Below, piece after piece: positions 19,546-28,793 of a stretch of 64,000 bases of DNA. Made by a program: the position numbers and the translations under genes. Origin of the DNA: an uncultured Spirochaetales bacterium (GTDB taxonomy: Bacteria > Spirochaetota > Spirochaetia > CAZAKE01); the NCBI GenBank assembly GCA_964485495.1, contig CAZAKE010000003.1, forward strand, positions 12,864 to 76,863, in the 5' to 3' direction. The notes beneath the pieces are model-generated. The model was not told the origin of the DNA. It worked only from the letters and a program-made list of their open reading frames with translations, and did not search any database. The stretch's first letter is position 1. Each line of letters starts with the position of its first letter.

Positions 19546-20616
19546 ATGCATCTGATTCCCGACAACATTTTTGTGTACATCATCGTGCTGCTGATCAGTT
19601 TTTATATTCTGGCCAAGAGCGCCGATTTTCTGGTGGATGGGGCCGTCGGAATAGCGTTCCACCTTCACATACCCAAGATCATCATCGGGATCGTGTTGGT
19701 GAGTTTCGCCACCACCTCTCCGGAGTTCACCGTCTCCCTCATCTCGGCGGTCAGAGGCTTTCCGGAGATCGCCCTCGGAAACGCGGTGGGGTCGGTGATT
19801 GTCAATACCGGTGTGGCCATATCCTTTGCCGCCATCATCGCGGCCATCGCCGGTGACGTGATTCACATCGATAAGCAAACCCTCATCACTACCGGACTCT
19901 TCCTGGAGGGGGCCATGCTGTTGGCCTTCATTTTCGGCACCGACGGTACGATCTCACGAATGGAGGGAATCATCCTTCTCGGCTGTTTAGGCGGATATCT
20001 CGGATTCCTGGTTGTGAATGAGCGGCGGAAAGCGGTGGGAAGGACCGTGCCGGAGCGGCAGATCCGGGACCCGGGCGTTACCCCAGAGTCGACAGTCCAT
20101 GACCTGGCGGTGAACCCGTATCTCGAGGACGAGGTTTCTTCGCATACACGACCGGGATCGTTGCTTGTGCAATTCCTACGGTTCGGCGGCGGAGTCCTCG
20201 GAGTAGTCGTCGCCAGCCAACTACTCGTCGAATCGGCGGTAGGAATCGCCCACTACCTTTCGGTTCCCGAAGTGGTGATCGGGTTGACGGTGATTGCCAT
20301 CGGCACATCCCTGCCGGAGATCGCAACTTGCGTTATCGCTTCGAAAAAGGGACATGGCGATCTGGCCTTTGGAGATATCGTCGGGGCGAATATCCTCAAT
20401 ATCCTCTGGATAGTCGGAGCGGCGGCTACCGCGAACCCGATCACGGTAGGGCGGAACGTCATCTTCTACGCGTTCCCGGTTATGATATTCATGGTCACGG
20501 CCTTGCTCCTCCTGGCGCGGGTCGGATACCGGTTGAAGCGGTCGAATGGAGTCGTTCTTATCGGACTCTATCTTGCCTATCTTGTGGCGACCATTCTCAT
20601 CTTCTACTTCGGCTAA
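19546..20616 (+). CDS. Na+/Ca2+ exchanger family (CaCA, YrbG-like) membrane protein
   Basis: Two internal alpha-repeats with GNAVGS(N)IxN signatures (GNAVGSVIVNTG and GDIVGANILNIL) and about 10 TM segments. Confidence 0.85.
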   Translation: MHLIPDNIFVYIIVLLISFYILAKSADFLVDGAVGIAFHLHIPKIIIGIVLVSFATTSPEFTVSLISAVRGFPEIALGNAVGSVIVNTGVAISFAAIIAAIAGDVIHIDKQTLITTGLFLEGAMLLAFIFGTDGTISRMEGIILLGCLGGYLGFLVVNERRKAVGRTVPERQIRDPGVTPESTVHDLAVNPYLEDEVSSHTRPGSLLVQFLRFGGGVLGVVVASQLLVESAVGIAHYLSVPEVVIGLTVIAIGTSLPEIATCVIASKKGHGDLAFGDIVGANILNILWIVGAAATANPITVGRNVIFYAFPVMIFMVTALLLLARVGYRLKRSNGVVLIGLYLAYLVATILIFYFG

Positions 20617-20870
20617 GGTTTGGTGTCTATCTCTTCAGGGAATGACAATCGGAGGAGGGGAGTCCGGAACCACTTTTCGAACCGACCTCTTTGAAAGAAC
20701 CTTACCGGTATTGATTCAAAATTCTTGACTACTCGTGATAGGCGTTAGTATCTTAATGCTGTCATTGTAGATACATAGTCACACTGTTCTCTCCGGAGGG
20801 GGCGTGTATGCCACTCGCCACCGAGGGCGTGCGGCTGTCCGTCTTGATAACACCATTTGTAGGGGATTTC

Positions 20871-21578
20871 ATGCCTGGAAAAGACGAACTAGACGAAAAA
20901 ACCGATCCGGGGGCCGATAGAACCGACGGAGAAGACCTCGCCGAACCGGGTGCAGATACCGATGACTCGAATAGATCCACGAGCGCCGAGGGCGATGAGA
21001 GCGGAATCCAGGACGTAACGAAAGAGACCGATCAGGGTACGTTCCTCGAAAATCGCGTGCGTGAGTTGGAGGCCGAGATCAGTGAGTTGAAGGATCAATA
21101 CATCCGCAAACAAGCCGACTATGAGAATTTCAGAAAACGCATGTTCCGCGAGCGCGAAGAGGCGGTGAAGTACGCGAACTCCGAGCTCTTGGGTGACCTG
21201 ATCACGATCATCGATGATTTTGAACGGGCCATCAAGTCGTCCGAAGATTCGAAGGATTTCGAGTCGTTCCATTCCGGTATTGAACTCATCGAGAAGCAGT
21301 TTACCGGAATGCTGGAGCGAAAGTGGGGGTTGATGCGGTTCGAAAGCACCGGGGAGGAGTTTGATCCGCAAAAGCATGAAGCAATCGGTATGGAGGAGCG
21401 CGAAGGCTGCGACACCCAGGTAGTTCTTGAGGATTATCAGAAGGGGTACATGTTGCATGACCGGGTCCTCAGACATGCAAAAGTAAAAGTCTCCATGCCG
21501 ACTGCGGGTACCGCATCCGAAAGCGGGAATCCGACTCCTGATGATTCGGAAGACGGTGATGTGAAAACCGACGGCTGA
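20871..21578 (+). CDS. grpE: nucleotide exchange factor GrpE
   Basis: LKDQYIRKQADYENFRKRMFREREEAVKYANSELLGDLITIIDDFERA and the C-terminal beta-sheet region are characteristic of GrpE. Internal start MPGKDELDE sits behind GGGGA. The gene is followed by dnaK and dnaJ. Confidence 0.9.
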   Translation: MPGKDELDEKTDPGADRTDGEDLAEPGADTDDSNRSTSAEGDESGIQDVTKETDQGTFLENRVRELEAEISELKDQYIRKQADYENFRKRMFREREEAVKYANSELLGDLITIIDDFERAIKSSEDSKDFESFHSGIELIEKQFTGMLERKWGLMRFESTGEEFDPQKHEAIGMEEREGCDTQVVLEDYQKGYMLHDRVLRHAKVKVSMPTAGTASESGNPTPDDSEDGDVKTDG

Positions 21579-21692
21579 AGCCGTTTATGCATACATAGAA
21601 CAGACGTAGATAGACAGACAGAGACAAACAGAGAAACCGTGTTTCGCGATACGGCAATAGCAACTTCGAAGCAGAGAAAGGAGTGATAACGA

Positions 21693-23651
21693 ATGGGACG
21701 GATCATAGGAATCGATCTTGGGACGACGAACTCTTGTGTCGCAGTGATGGAAGGCGGAGAGCCCACCGTCATTCAGAACTCTGAGGGACAAAGGACTACT
21801 CCCTCCATCGTAGGCTATACTGCAAAAGATGAACGGCTCATAGGGCAACCTGCAAAGAACCAGATCATCACCAATCCCGAAAACACCGTATACTCGATCA
21901 AACGGTTCATGGGACGGCGCTACGGCGAAGTACCCGATGAGATCAAGATGGTCCCGTACAACGTCCTCGAGAAGAGCGGCGGTGAGATTCGCATCGGCGT
22001 GCATGACAAGGAGTTCTCGCCTCAGGAGATCTCTGCCGCGATCCTTCAGAAGATGAGGAAGACCGCAGAGGATTACTTAGGCGAGACCGTGACCGAGGCG
22101 GTCATCACCGTACCTGCCTATTTCAATGACGCCCAACGTCAGGCTACCAAGGACGCCGGTAAAATTTCGGGATTAGATGTTAAACGGATCGTAAACGAGC
22201 CTACTGCCGCGTCGCTGGCGTATGGGTTCGGTAAGGATCAGAAAGAGGAGAAGATCGCCGTCTACGACCTCGGCGGTGGTACGTTCGATATCTCCATCCT
22301 CGAACTCGGTGACGGAGTATTCGAGGTGAAATCTACCAATGGCGATACCCATCTTGGCGGTGACAATTTCGATCAGCGGATCATCGACTGGCTCGTCTCC
22401 AGTTTCAAGAATGACCATGGCATCGATCTGTCTCAAGACAGGATGGCCCTTCAACGGCTCAAGGAGGCGGCCGAGAAAGCCAAGATTGAGCTGTCCAGCA
22501 CTCAGAGCACCGACCTCAACCTGCCGTTCATCACCGCGGATTCTTCCGGTCCGAAACACCTACAGTACAACCTGACCAGGGCGAAGTTCCAGCAGATGGT
22601 GGGAGATCTGATAGCGAGTACCAAGCAGCCGTGTCTGCAGGCGTTGAAGGACGCCGGCCTCTCGGCGTCGGACATCGACGAGGTGATCCTCGTCGGTGGA
22701 TCCACTCGAATTCCCGCCGTGCAGGATACGGTCAAGGAGCTTTTCGGCCGAGAGCCACACAAGGGGGTAAATCCCGACGAGGTGGTAGCCATCGGTGCGG
22801 CGATCCAGGGCGGGATTCTCGGAGGAGACGTGAAAGACGTGCTTCTCTTGGATGTGACGCCGCTTTCTCTGGGGATTGAGACCCTAGGCGGTGTGTGTAC
22901 CAAGCTAATCGAACGCAACACCACTATTCCCACTCGCAAAAGCCAGATTTTCTCGACGGCGGCGGACAATCAGACCGCGGTGTCTATTCACGTTCTTCAG
23001 GGAGAACGGGAGATGGCGGGGGACAACCGTACCCTGGGACGTTTCGATCTCGTGGGTATCCCTCCCGCTCCTCGCGGCGTTCCACAGATCGAGGTCACAT
23101 TCGATATCGACGCCAACGGAATCGTACACGTCTCGGCGAAGGATCTGGGCACCGGTAAGGAGCAGAAGATTCGTATCGAATCCTCCTCCGGCTTGTCGGA
23201 AGACGAGATACACCGGATGGTGCACGAGGCCGAAGAACACGCCGAAGAGGACAAACGAGATAAGGAGATGGCGGAGGTAAGGAACGAGGCCGACTCCCTC
23301 ATCTATACCACTGAAAAATCCCTCAACGATTACGGGGACAAGATTTCGGAGGATGACCGTTCGAATATCGAGCAGGCGAAAGAAGACGTAAAACAAGCCC
23401 TCGAGAACGGCGATCCTGCAACCATCCGTGAGAAGGTTCAGGCCCTCCAGCAGGCATCCCACAAGCTGGCCGAGGAAGTATACAAGAATGCCGGTGCAGC
23501 CGCCCAGGGAGATCAGGGGGCTGCACAGGAGACGGAAGAGACCGCCGAGGGAGACCCTCGGCAGTCATCCGAATCTTCAACAGGTGACGGCAATGTGGAA
23601 GACGTCGATTATGAAGTAGTCGACGACGAAGACGATGAGGATTCCAAGTAG
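21693..23651 (+). CDS. dnaK: molecular chaperone DnaK (Hsp70)
   Basis: N-terminus [21 protein letters not shown] and the full Hsp70 ATPase and substrate-binding domains. RBS AAGGAG is upstream. Confidence 0.97.
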   Translation: MGRIIGIDLGTTNSCVAVMEGGEPTVIQNSEGQRTTPSIVGYTAKDERLIGQPAKNQIITNPENTVYSIKRFMGRRYGEVPDEIKMVPYNVLEKSGGEIRIGVHDKEFSPQEISAAILQKMRKTAEDYLGETVTEAVITVPAYFNDAQRQATKDAGKISGLDVKRIVNEPTAASLAYGFGKDQKEEKIAVYDLGGGTFDISILELGDGVFEVKSTNGDTHLGGDNFDQRIIDWLVSSFKNDHGIDLSQDRMALQRLKEAAEKAKIELSSTQSTDLNLPFITADSSGPKHLQYNLTRAKFQQMVGDLIASTKQPCLQALKDAGLSASDIDEVILVGGSTRIPAVQDTVKELFGREPHKGVNPDEVVAIGAAIQGGILGGDVKDVLLLDVTPLSLGIETLGGVCTKLIERNTTIPTRKSQIFSTAADNQTAVSIHVLQGEREMAGDNRTLGRFDLVGIPPAPRGVPQIEVTFDIDANGIVHVSAKDLGTGKEQKIRIESSSGLSEDEIHRMVHEAEEHAEEDKRDKEMAEVRNEADSLIYTTEKSLNDYGDKISEDDRSNIEQAKEDVKQALENGDPATIREKVQALQQASHKLAEEVYKNAGAAAQGDQGAAQETEETAEGDPRQSSESSTGDGNVEDVDYEVVDDEDDEDSK

Positions 23652-23677
23652 AGTATCCAGACGGCGGAGCGATCGCA

Positions 23678-24799
23678 TTGGCTAAACGAGACTACTATGA
23701 GGTGCTGGGGGTTTCCAAAGGAGCCGCCACCGACGAGATTAAGAAAGCGTATCGAAAACTCGCCGTACAGAATCACCCGGATAGGAATCCGGGTGATACC
23801 GCCGCGGAGGAGCGTTTCAAGGAAGCCACCGAAGCGTATGAGATACTGGCGGATGATCGTAAGCGAAAGGCGTACGATCAGTTCGGATTCGCCGGCGTTG
23901 AGGGGATGGCCGGCGGGGCGCAGGATTTCTCATCGGTGTTCCGTGATTTCGAGGACATCTTCGGCGATTTCGGGGGTATTTTCGACTCCTTCTTCGGTGG
24001 TGGAGGCGGTCGTAGACGAAGCCGGTCGCAGTCGGCTCCTCGAGGTTCGGATCTGCGGTACAACCTTGAGGTCGCCTTCAAAGACGCGGTGTTCGGCACC
24101 AAGACTGAAATATCCTATACTCGAAACGTGAAATGTGAGCCCTGCAACGGTTCTGGAGCCGAATCGGGGAGTGGTCGGAAGACCTGTCCGACTTGTGGCG
24201 GTTCCGGCCAGGTGCGTCGCAGTTCCGGGTTCTTCTCTATCGCATCACCATGTCACACTTGCAATGGCGAGGGGTTCGTGATCGAGAATCCCTGCACGAA
24301 CTGCAACGGTGCAGGAGTGCTTCGGAAGAAGCAGAAGATAAAGGTGACGATACCGGCGGGCATCGAGACCGGGAAACGAATCAACATTCCCGGGCAGGGC
24401 GATAGCGGGCCGAACGGAGGCCCCTTCGGCGATCTCTACGTATACATATCGGTTCGGCCGCACGAGTACTTCGAGCGGGACGGTGCCGACCTCTACTGCG
24501 TAATACCGATCTCGATTACTCAGGCCGCCCTCGGAAGTGAAATACACGTCACTACGTTGGAGAGCAAGAAGGTCAAGGTGAAGATACCCCCGAGTACGCA
24601 GAACGGCAAGATATTCAGATTGCGGTCCGAGGGGATTCCGCATCTTCACAATCCCGAGAGACGGGGAGACCTCTATATCAAGATAATGGTGCGGATTCCC
24701 GAAAAACTGAACGGCAAAGCCAAATCGTTGCTCAAGGAGTATGCCGCGATACAGGGAGAAGAGGAGAATCCCGAACCGGTTCCGCTGGCCGAGTTGTGA
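23678..24799 (+). CDS. dnaJ: molecular chaperone DnaJ (Hsp40)
   Basis: J-domain with HPD motif (YRKLAVQNHPDRNP), a Gly/Phe-rich region, and four CxxCxGxG zinc-finger repeats. Confidence 0.95.
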   Translation: MAKRDYYEVLGVSKGAATDEIKKAYRKLAVQNHPDRNPGDTAAEERFKEATEAYEILADDRKRKAYDQFGFAGVEGMAGGAQDFSSVFRDFEDIFGDFGGIFDSFFGGGGGRRRSRSQSAPRGSDLRYNLEVAFKDAVFGTKTEISYTRNVKCEPCNGSGAESGSGRKTCPTCGGSGQVRRSSGFFSIASPCHTCNGEGFVIENPCTNCNGAGVLRKKQKIKVTIPAGIETGKRINIPGQGDSGPNGGPFGDLYVYISVRPHEYFERDGADLYCVIPISITQAALGSEIHVTTLESKKVKVKIPPSTQNGKIFRLRSEGIPHLHNPERRGDLYIKIMVRIPEKLNGKAKSLLKEYAAIQGEEENPEPVPLAEL

Positions 24800-24868
24800 T
24801 ATCAGAATATTCGATCGGCACTTCTCAACGATTCTGTACGAAAATAGGCGTAAAATAGAAAAAAACAG

Positions 24869-24897
24869 TTCATCTTAGGGGAGTATACTGTTATAAT
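24869..24897 (+). promoter_or_regulatory. sigma70-type promoter with extended -10 (TGtTATAAT) upstream of the HAMP-domain gene
   Basis: TTCATC at 24869-24874, a 17-nt spacer, and TATAAT at 24892-24897 preceded by TG at 24889-24890. It lies about 50 nt upstream of the GTG start at 24948. Confidence 0.45.
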
Positions 24898-24947
24898 GGG
24901 TGTTGGTCCGGTTCGTTACACGGAAAGTGTATCCCGAGGGATGAACA

Positions 24948-25493
24948 GTGGAAAAGAAAAACAAACGTAAGAGAATCGTCATAGACAAACGATTTCAATA
25001 CAGATTGGTCGCGACTTTTTTGGTTTCGATACTCGGGGCACTCCTCATCTTTTCGATGGTATCGGTGGTCTTCTATTGGGCCTTCTCCACCATCGGTGAC
25101 AACGTCTTCAAGGAATATATCACCATCGACAAGCAAGTCTTCGAAAACCGGACGGTCGAGGAAAACGGGGAGAAGAAGACTATTCGTTTTCCGACAACCA
25201 AGACCATCCACGGAATCCGTCGTTGGGAGATCGTGATTCCCCCATTATTATTAAATAATCTTCTCGTCATGATCGTGCTTACTATCATCGGTATCTTCTA
25301 CTCTCACCGGATTGCAGGCCCTGTATACCGGATGAATCGGGTAATCTCGGATGTACTTTCGGGCAAGACGGAAGAACGAGTGGTACTTCGGAAGAACGAT
25401 ACGCTTTCCGAGCTGGCTGAGAACATAAACATACTCATCGATCGTGTAGAGTCGGTCAAAGACGATGGCGGCACGATCGACGATGATCTGTGA
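24948..25493 (+). CDS. small membrane protein with two TM helices and a HAMP-like domain
   Basis: GTG start 8 nt after GAGGGA. TM1 (LVATFLVSILGALLIFSMVSVVFYWAF) and TM2 (LLLNNLLVMIVLTIIGIFY) are followed by an amphipathic HAMP-like segment (IAGPVYRMNRVISDVLSGK...LSELAENINILIDRV). Confidence 0.55.
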   Translation: MEKKNKRKRIVIDKRFQYRLVATFLVSILGALLIFSMVSVVFYWAFSTIGDNVFKEYITIDKQVFENRTVEENGEKKTIRFPTTKTIHGIRRWEIVIPPLLLNNLLVMIVLTIIGIFYSHRIAGPVYRMNRVISDVLSGKTEERVVLRKNDTLSELAENINILIDRVESVKDDGGTIDDDL

Positions 25494-25679
25494 ATCAACG
25501 CGCTTCATCTCCCGCTGTGTAGTTTATGCGGTACGCTGCCGATACTAAGTTTGACAATCAGCTGAACTGATCCCAATTCTCCTCCGGTCCGCTATGACAT
25601 CGATGACAGGAGATGCAGTTCGGGCTATATGTTGTATTCAGCGTTTGCATTCTGGGTTAACATCGACAAGGAGATTTCC

Positions 25680-26111
25680 ATGAAAAAGGCCGTATATGGA
25701 CTGATGCTGTATGCCTGCCTCGTCGTGCCGTTGGTCGGTTCCGACACGATCAAGGCCGAACCCGATAATCCTGAGAAACCAATTCTCATCCAAGCTACCA
25801 CGCTGCGCTCCTTCCCGGAGGGTATACGTACCGATACGAACGAAGATGGACAGATAGATTATATCGTTTTCTTCGACGAGGACGGATACCGGAGTGGGGA
25901 GGAACTCGATTACAATCATGACGGTTTCATGGACGACTTCTACTTCTACGCCCGGGATGTTTTAATTCGCAGAGAGATCGACTCGAACTACGACCGCCGG
26001 ATCGATATTTGGGTGTACATCGCTGAGGGCGTATATGTCGAGCGGTATGAGCGGGACACGGATTTCGACGGCGAAGTCGACAAGGTCAAGGAGTACGGCG
26101 CCGGATCGTGA
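25680..26111 (+). CDS. small secreted protein with four DxDxDG-type calcium-binding-loop-like repeats (EF-hand/dockerin-like)
   Basis: RBS AAGGAG 8 nt upstream of the ATG at 25680. Signal peptide MKKAVYGLMLYACLVVPLVGS. Repeats DTNEDGQID, DYNHDGFMD, DSNYDRRID and DTDFDGEVD are spaced about 17-22 aa apart. Confidence 0.55.
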   Translation: MKKAVYGLMLYACLVVPLVGSDTIKAEPDNPEKPILIQATTLRSFPEGIRTDTNEDGQIDYIVFFDEDGYRSGEELDYNHDGFMDDFYFYARDVLIRREIDSNYDRRIDIWVYIAEGVYVERYERDTDFDGEVDKVKEYGAGS

Positions 26112-26135
26112 CTGCCGGATGTACTACGTTGTCGG

Positions 26136-26927
26136 GTGAATGGAACCAACCGTGCTGGAATAGGGTATCAAGTGGAACCGTATGTAGGCTATCGGGCGAT
26201 AGAGGGAGCCCTGAAGCGTGGGCTTACGGGTGAGTTGGTGTACTCACGGAACTCGAGGCGGATCGACGATCTCCTCCGGTATGCTGCCGGCCGTAATATA
26301 TCCACACGCTATACGAATTCGGGGGAGTTAGACGACCTGTGCGGCGGTTCGGAACATCGTGGTATCGTGTTTCTTCCTCACTCCCGATCTATAGATACCG
26401 GTTCGGCATCTCCCCGGTACTCCCTGACTCTCTCAGAATGTATCGATGCCTGCGAGGATCGGCCGTCGACCGTGGTGATACTCGATTCAGTGACCGATCC
26501 GCATAACCTCGGTGCGGTGTTGCGGAGCGTCGACCTATTTACTGTTGACTTTGTCGTCATCCCCCGCCACAGAACCGCGCATTATGGCCCGGTAGTTGCA
26601 CAATCTTCGGCCGGCGCGGCTGAATACGTCAGGTTGTGTGAGGTTCCGAACATCTCTCGGGCCGTAGAGGATTTGAAACGTCACGGATTCTGGATCTACG
26701 GCGCCGACATGGACGGAACACCTGTGTGGGAGGTAAAATTCGACCGCCGTACCGCGATTGTATTGGGTAGTGAAGGCGGTGGTCTTCATCGTCTCGTCAG
26801 GGAAAACTGTGACGAGATCGTCGCCATTCCCTCTCGTGGACATGTGGATTCGTTCAACGTGTCGGTAGCTGCAGGGATACTCCTATATGAGGTAAGGAGA
26901 CAGCACAGACGAGAATGGGCTGATTAG
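26136..26927 (+). CDS. TrmH/SpoU-family RNA 2'-O-methyltransferase (RlmB-like)
   Basis: SPOUT motifs VVILDSVTDPHNLGAVLRS, IVLGSEGGGL and FNVSVAAGILLYE. The start is uncertain (GTG at 26136 or 26172). Confidence 0.8.
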   Translation: MNGTNRAGIGYQVEPYVGYRAIEGALKRGLTGELVYSRNSRRIDDLLRYAAGRNISTRYTNSGELDDLCGGSEHRGIVFLPHSRSIDTGSASPRYSLTLSECIDACEDRPSTVVILDSVTDPHNLGAVLRSVDLFTVDFVVIPRHRTAHYGPVVAQSSAGAAEYVRLCEVPNISRAVEDLKRHGFWIYGADMDGTPVWEVKFDRRTAIVLGSEGGGLHRLVRENCDEIVAIPSRGHVDSFNVSVAAGILLYEVRRQHRREWAD

Positions 26928-27325
26928 CCGTTGTCTATGATCCTTTTCGCAAGGTGTACCGCATTCAATACTCCCTGCTTGCCGATTCCCATGGTTGCAC
27001 AGGGAATGCCCTTCGGCAGCTGTAGGATCGACAAGAGTGCATCGATACCCGACAATGACCCCGAAACCAACGGGATCCCGAGTACCGGTTTGGTGGTCTG
27101 GGACGCCACTACTCCCGGGAGTGCGGCTGAGAGACCGGCGGCGGTGATGAAAACGCGGAATTGGTCGTTGTTCTCATCGAGATAAGTCTGCAACGCCTTG
27201 AGGTTCCTGTGTGCGGAATATACAACCAACTCATAGGACAGTCCCAGCTCCTCGATCAGGTCGATGCCGGGTTGGATTGCCGCTTTATCCGATTCAGAAC
27301 CGATTATAAAGGAGATGTCTCGCAT
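26924..27325 (-). CDS. purE: N5-carboxyaminoimidazole ribonucleotide mutase PurE
   Basis: MRDISFIIGSESDKAAIQPG...HRNLKALQTY...ITAAGLSAALPGVVASQTTKPVLGIP is classic PurE. The start is chosen at the ATG 8 nt after GGAAGAG. The stop overlaps the convergent methyltransferase stop. Confidence 0.9.
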   Translation of the reverse strand: MRDISFIIGSESDKAAIQPGIDLIEELGLSYELVVYSAHRNLKALQTYLDENNDQFRVFITAAGLSAALPGVVASQTTKPVLGIPLVSGSLSGIDALLSILQLPKGIPCATMGIGKQGVLNAVHLAKRIIDNG

Positions 27326-27345
27326 ATTCTTACTCTTCCTTTTCT

Positions 27346-27389
27346 TCATGGTATTTTCATGGTATTTTCATGGTATTCGTTATATTCGT
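27346..27389. repeat. three to four tandem copies of an 11-bp unit (TCATGGTATTT) in the purD-purE intergenic spacer
   Basis: TCATGGTATTT / TCATGGTATTT / TCATGGTATTC / GTTATATTCGT (the last unit is degenerate). On the coding (minus) strand each unit reads AAATACCATGA, an ATG immediately followed by a stop in one frame. Confidence 0.7.
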
Positions 27390-27432
27390 TCCAACGTACT
27401 ATCTCGCCACGGAGGCCGTCCATCCGGCAAGG

Positions 27433-28695
27433 CTATTCCAAGAAAAATTTTTGCCCGATATCTGAGCGTGACCACGCACCCTCGAACTGTACGCTCGGGA
27501 CGGCCTTATACGCCCGAACGTTTGCATTCAGCAGGTTCGGACCGATCCCGACTACGGTGAAACACCTGCCACCTCCGGTGAGAATCCCTCCCGATTCGTC
27601 GAGGCGCGTAGACGCGTGAAAGACCACCACATCCTTCTCCGGAAACGCCGGAATCGGTTTCACCAGCAAACCCTTCGGGTACTCTGCAGGATAGCCCGGT
27701 GAGGCCACCACCACTCCCAAGGCGGAATCATCGGTGATCGTGATTCCCAACTCTTCCAACTTTCCGTTGACCATTGCGTCGCAGAGATCTCCGAAATCGG
27801 TCTTGATGAGTGGTAGCAGCACCTGTGCCTCGGGGTCTCCGAATCTTACGTTATATTCCAGTACCTTAGGACCGTCAGAAGTAATCATCAGACCGAAATA
27901 GAGGACCCCCGTGTAGGTCAGTTTATCCTCCCGGAGTCCCTGGAAGGTCGGATCGACGATCTCCCGGCGTATGCGTTCAAGCATCTCCGCATTGACGATG
28001 GGTACCGGACAGATTGCACCCATGCCGCCGGTGTTCGGTCCGGTATCCTTGTCGCCGGCTTTCTTGAAGTCTGCACAGACGGGCAGCACGCAACTGCTCT
28101 TTCCATCGGTGAGTGCGAATATGGAAATCTCATATCCTTCGAGGAAATCCTCGACGAGGAGAGTGTCGTCCTCGAGGATACCGATTCCAAAGTCGAGAAG
28201 TGTATCGGTATCGTCCGACTCCAGGACGCCCTTCCCCGCGGCGAGTCCGCTCTTTTTGATGACGACCTTCTTCCCGGAGACCGACCGAATATACTGTTCG
28301 AACTGTGAGCGGTCGGAGAATTCTTTTGCCTCGGCCGTGGGTATGGTATGGGATACCATGAATTGTTTTGAGAAGACTTTGCTTCCCTCTAACCGGGCGG
28401 CATCTCTACCGGGTCCGATAACGGGTATTCCCTTCGCCGACAGTACGTCGGCGACCCCGTTCATAAGTGGTTCTTCCGGCCCGATGAATACAATATTGAT
28501 ATCCTTGAGCGTACAGAACTGTGCGATTGCCGAGGCATCGTTAGGATCGAGGTTCGGAATATTCTCACCGAGTTCATCGGTACCTGCGTTACCCGGGGCA
28601 ATGAAGAGTCCCGATATCCGCTTCGATTTCGAGAATTTCCAACAGAGGGCGTGTTCCCTTGCTCCCGAACCCAGAACTAAGACTCTCAAAAGCAT
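27433..28695 (-). CDS. purD: phosphoribosylamine--glycine ligase PurD
   Basis: MLLRVLVLGSGAREHAL..., an ATP-grasp fold, and a length of 420 aa. Confidence 0.92.
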   Translation of the reverse strand: MLLRVLVLGSGAREHALCWKFSKSKRISGLFIAPGNAGTDELGENIPNLDPNDASAIAQFCTLKDINIVFIGPEEPLMNGVADVLSAKGIPVIGPGRDAARLEGSKVFSKQFMVSHTIPTAEAKEFSDRSQFEQYIRSVSGKKVVIKKSGLAAGKGVLESDDTDTLLDFGIGILEDDTLLVEDFLEGYEISIFALTDGKSSCVLPVCADFKKAGDKDTGPNTGGMGAICPVPIVNAEMLERIRREIVDPTFQGLREDKLTYTGVLYFGLMITSDGPKVLEYNVRFGDPEAQVLLPLIKTDFGDLCDAMVNGKLEELGITITDDSALGVVVASPGYPAEYPKGLLVKPIPAFPEKDVVVFHASTRLDESGGILTGGGRCFTVVGIGPNLLNANVRAYKAVPSVQFEGAWSRSDIGQKFFLE

Positions 28696-28793
28696 CCTCC
28701 TCTAATCAAGCCGTGGGTATCCAGAAATTGTCCCTTTGTAATGCCGGTCTATTGTACAGAAGAGATCCGGACGAGTCTATGCCGGAGGGTATG

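Noticed and set aside
20617-20870. Looked for a CIRCE (TTAGCACTC-N9-GAGTGCTAA) HrcA operator upstream of grpE
   Set aside because: No match or near-match to either half-site in the 250-nt upstream region. Only a sigma70-like TTGACT/TATCTT pair is visible.
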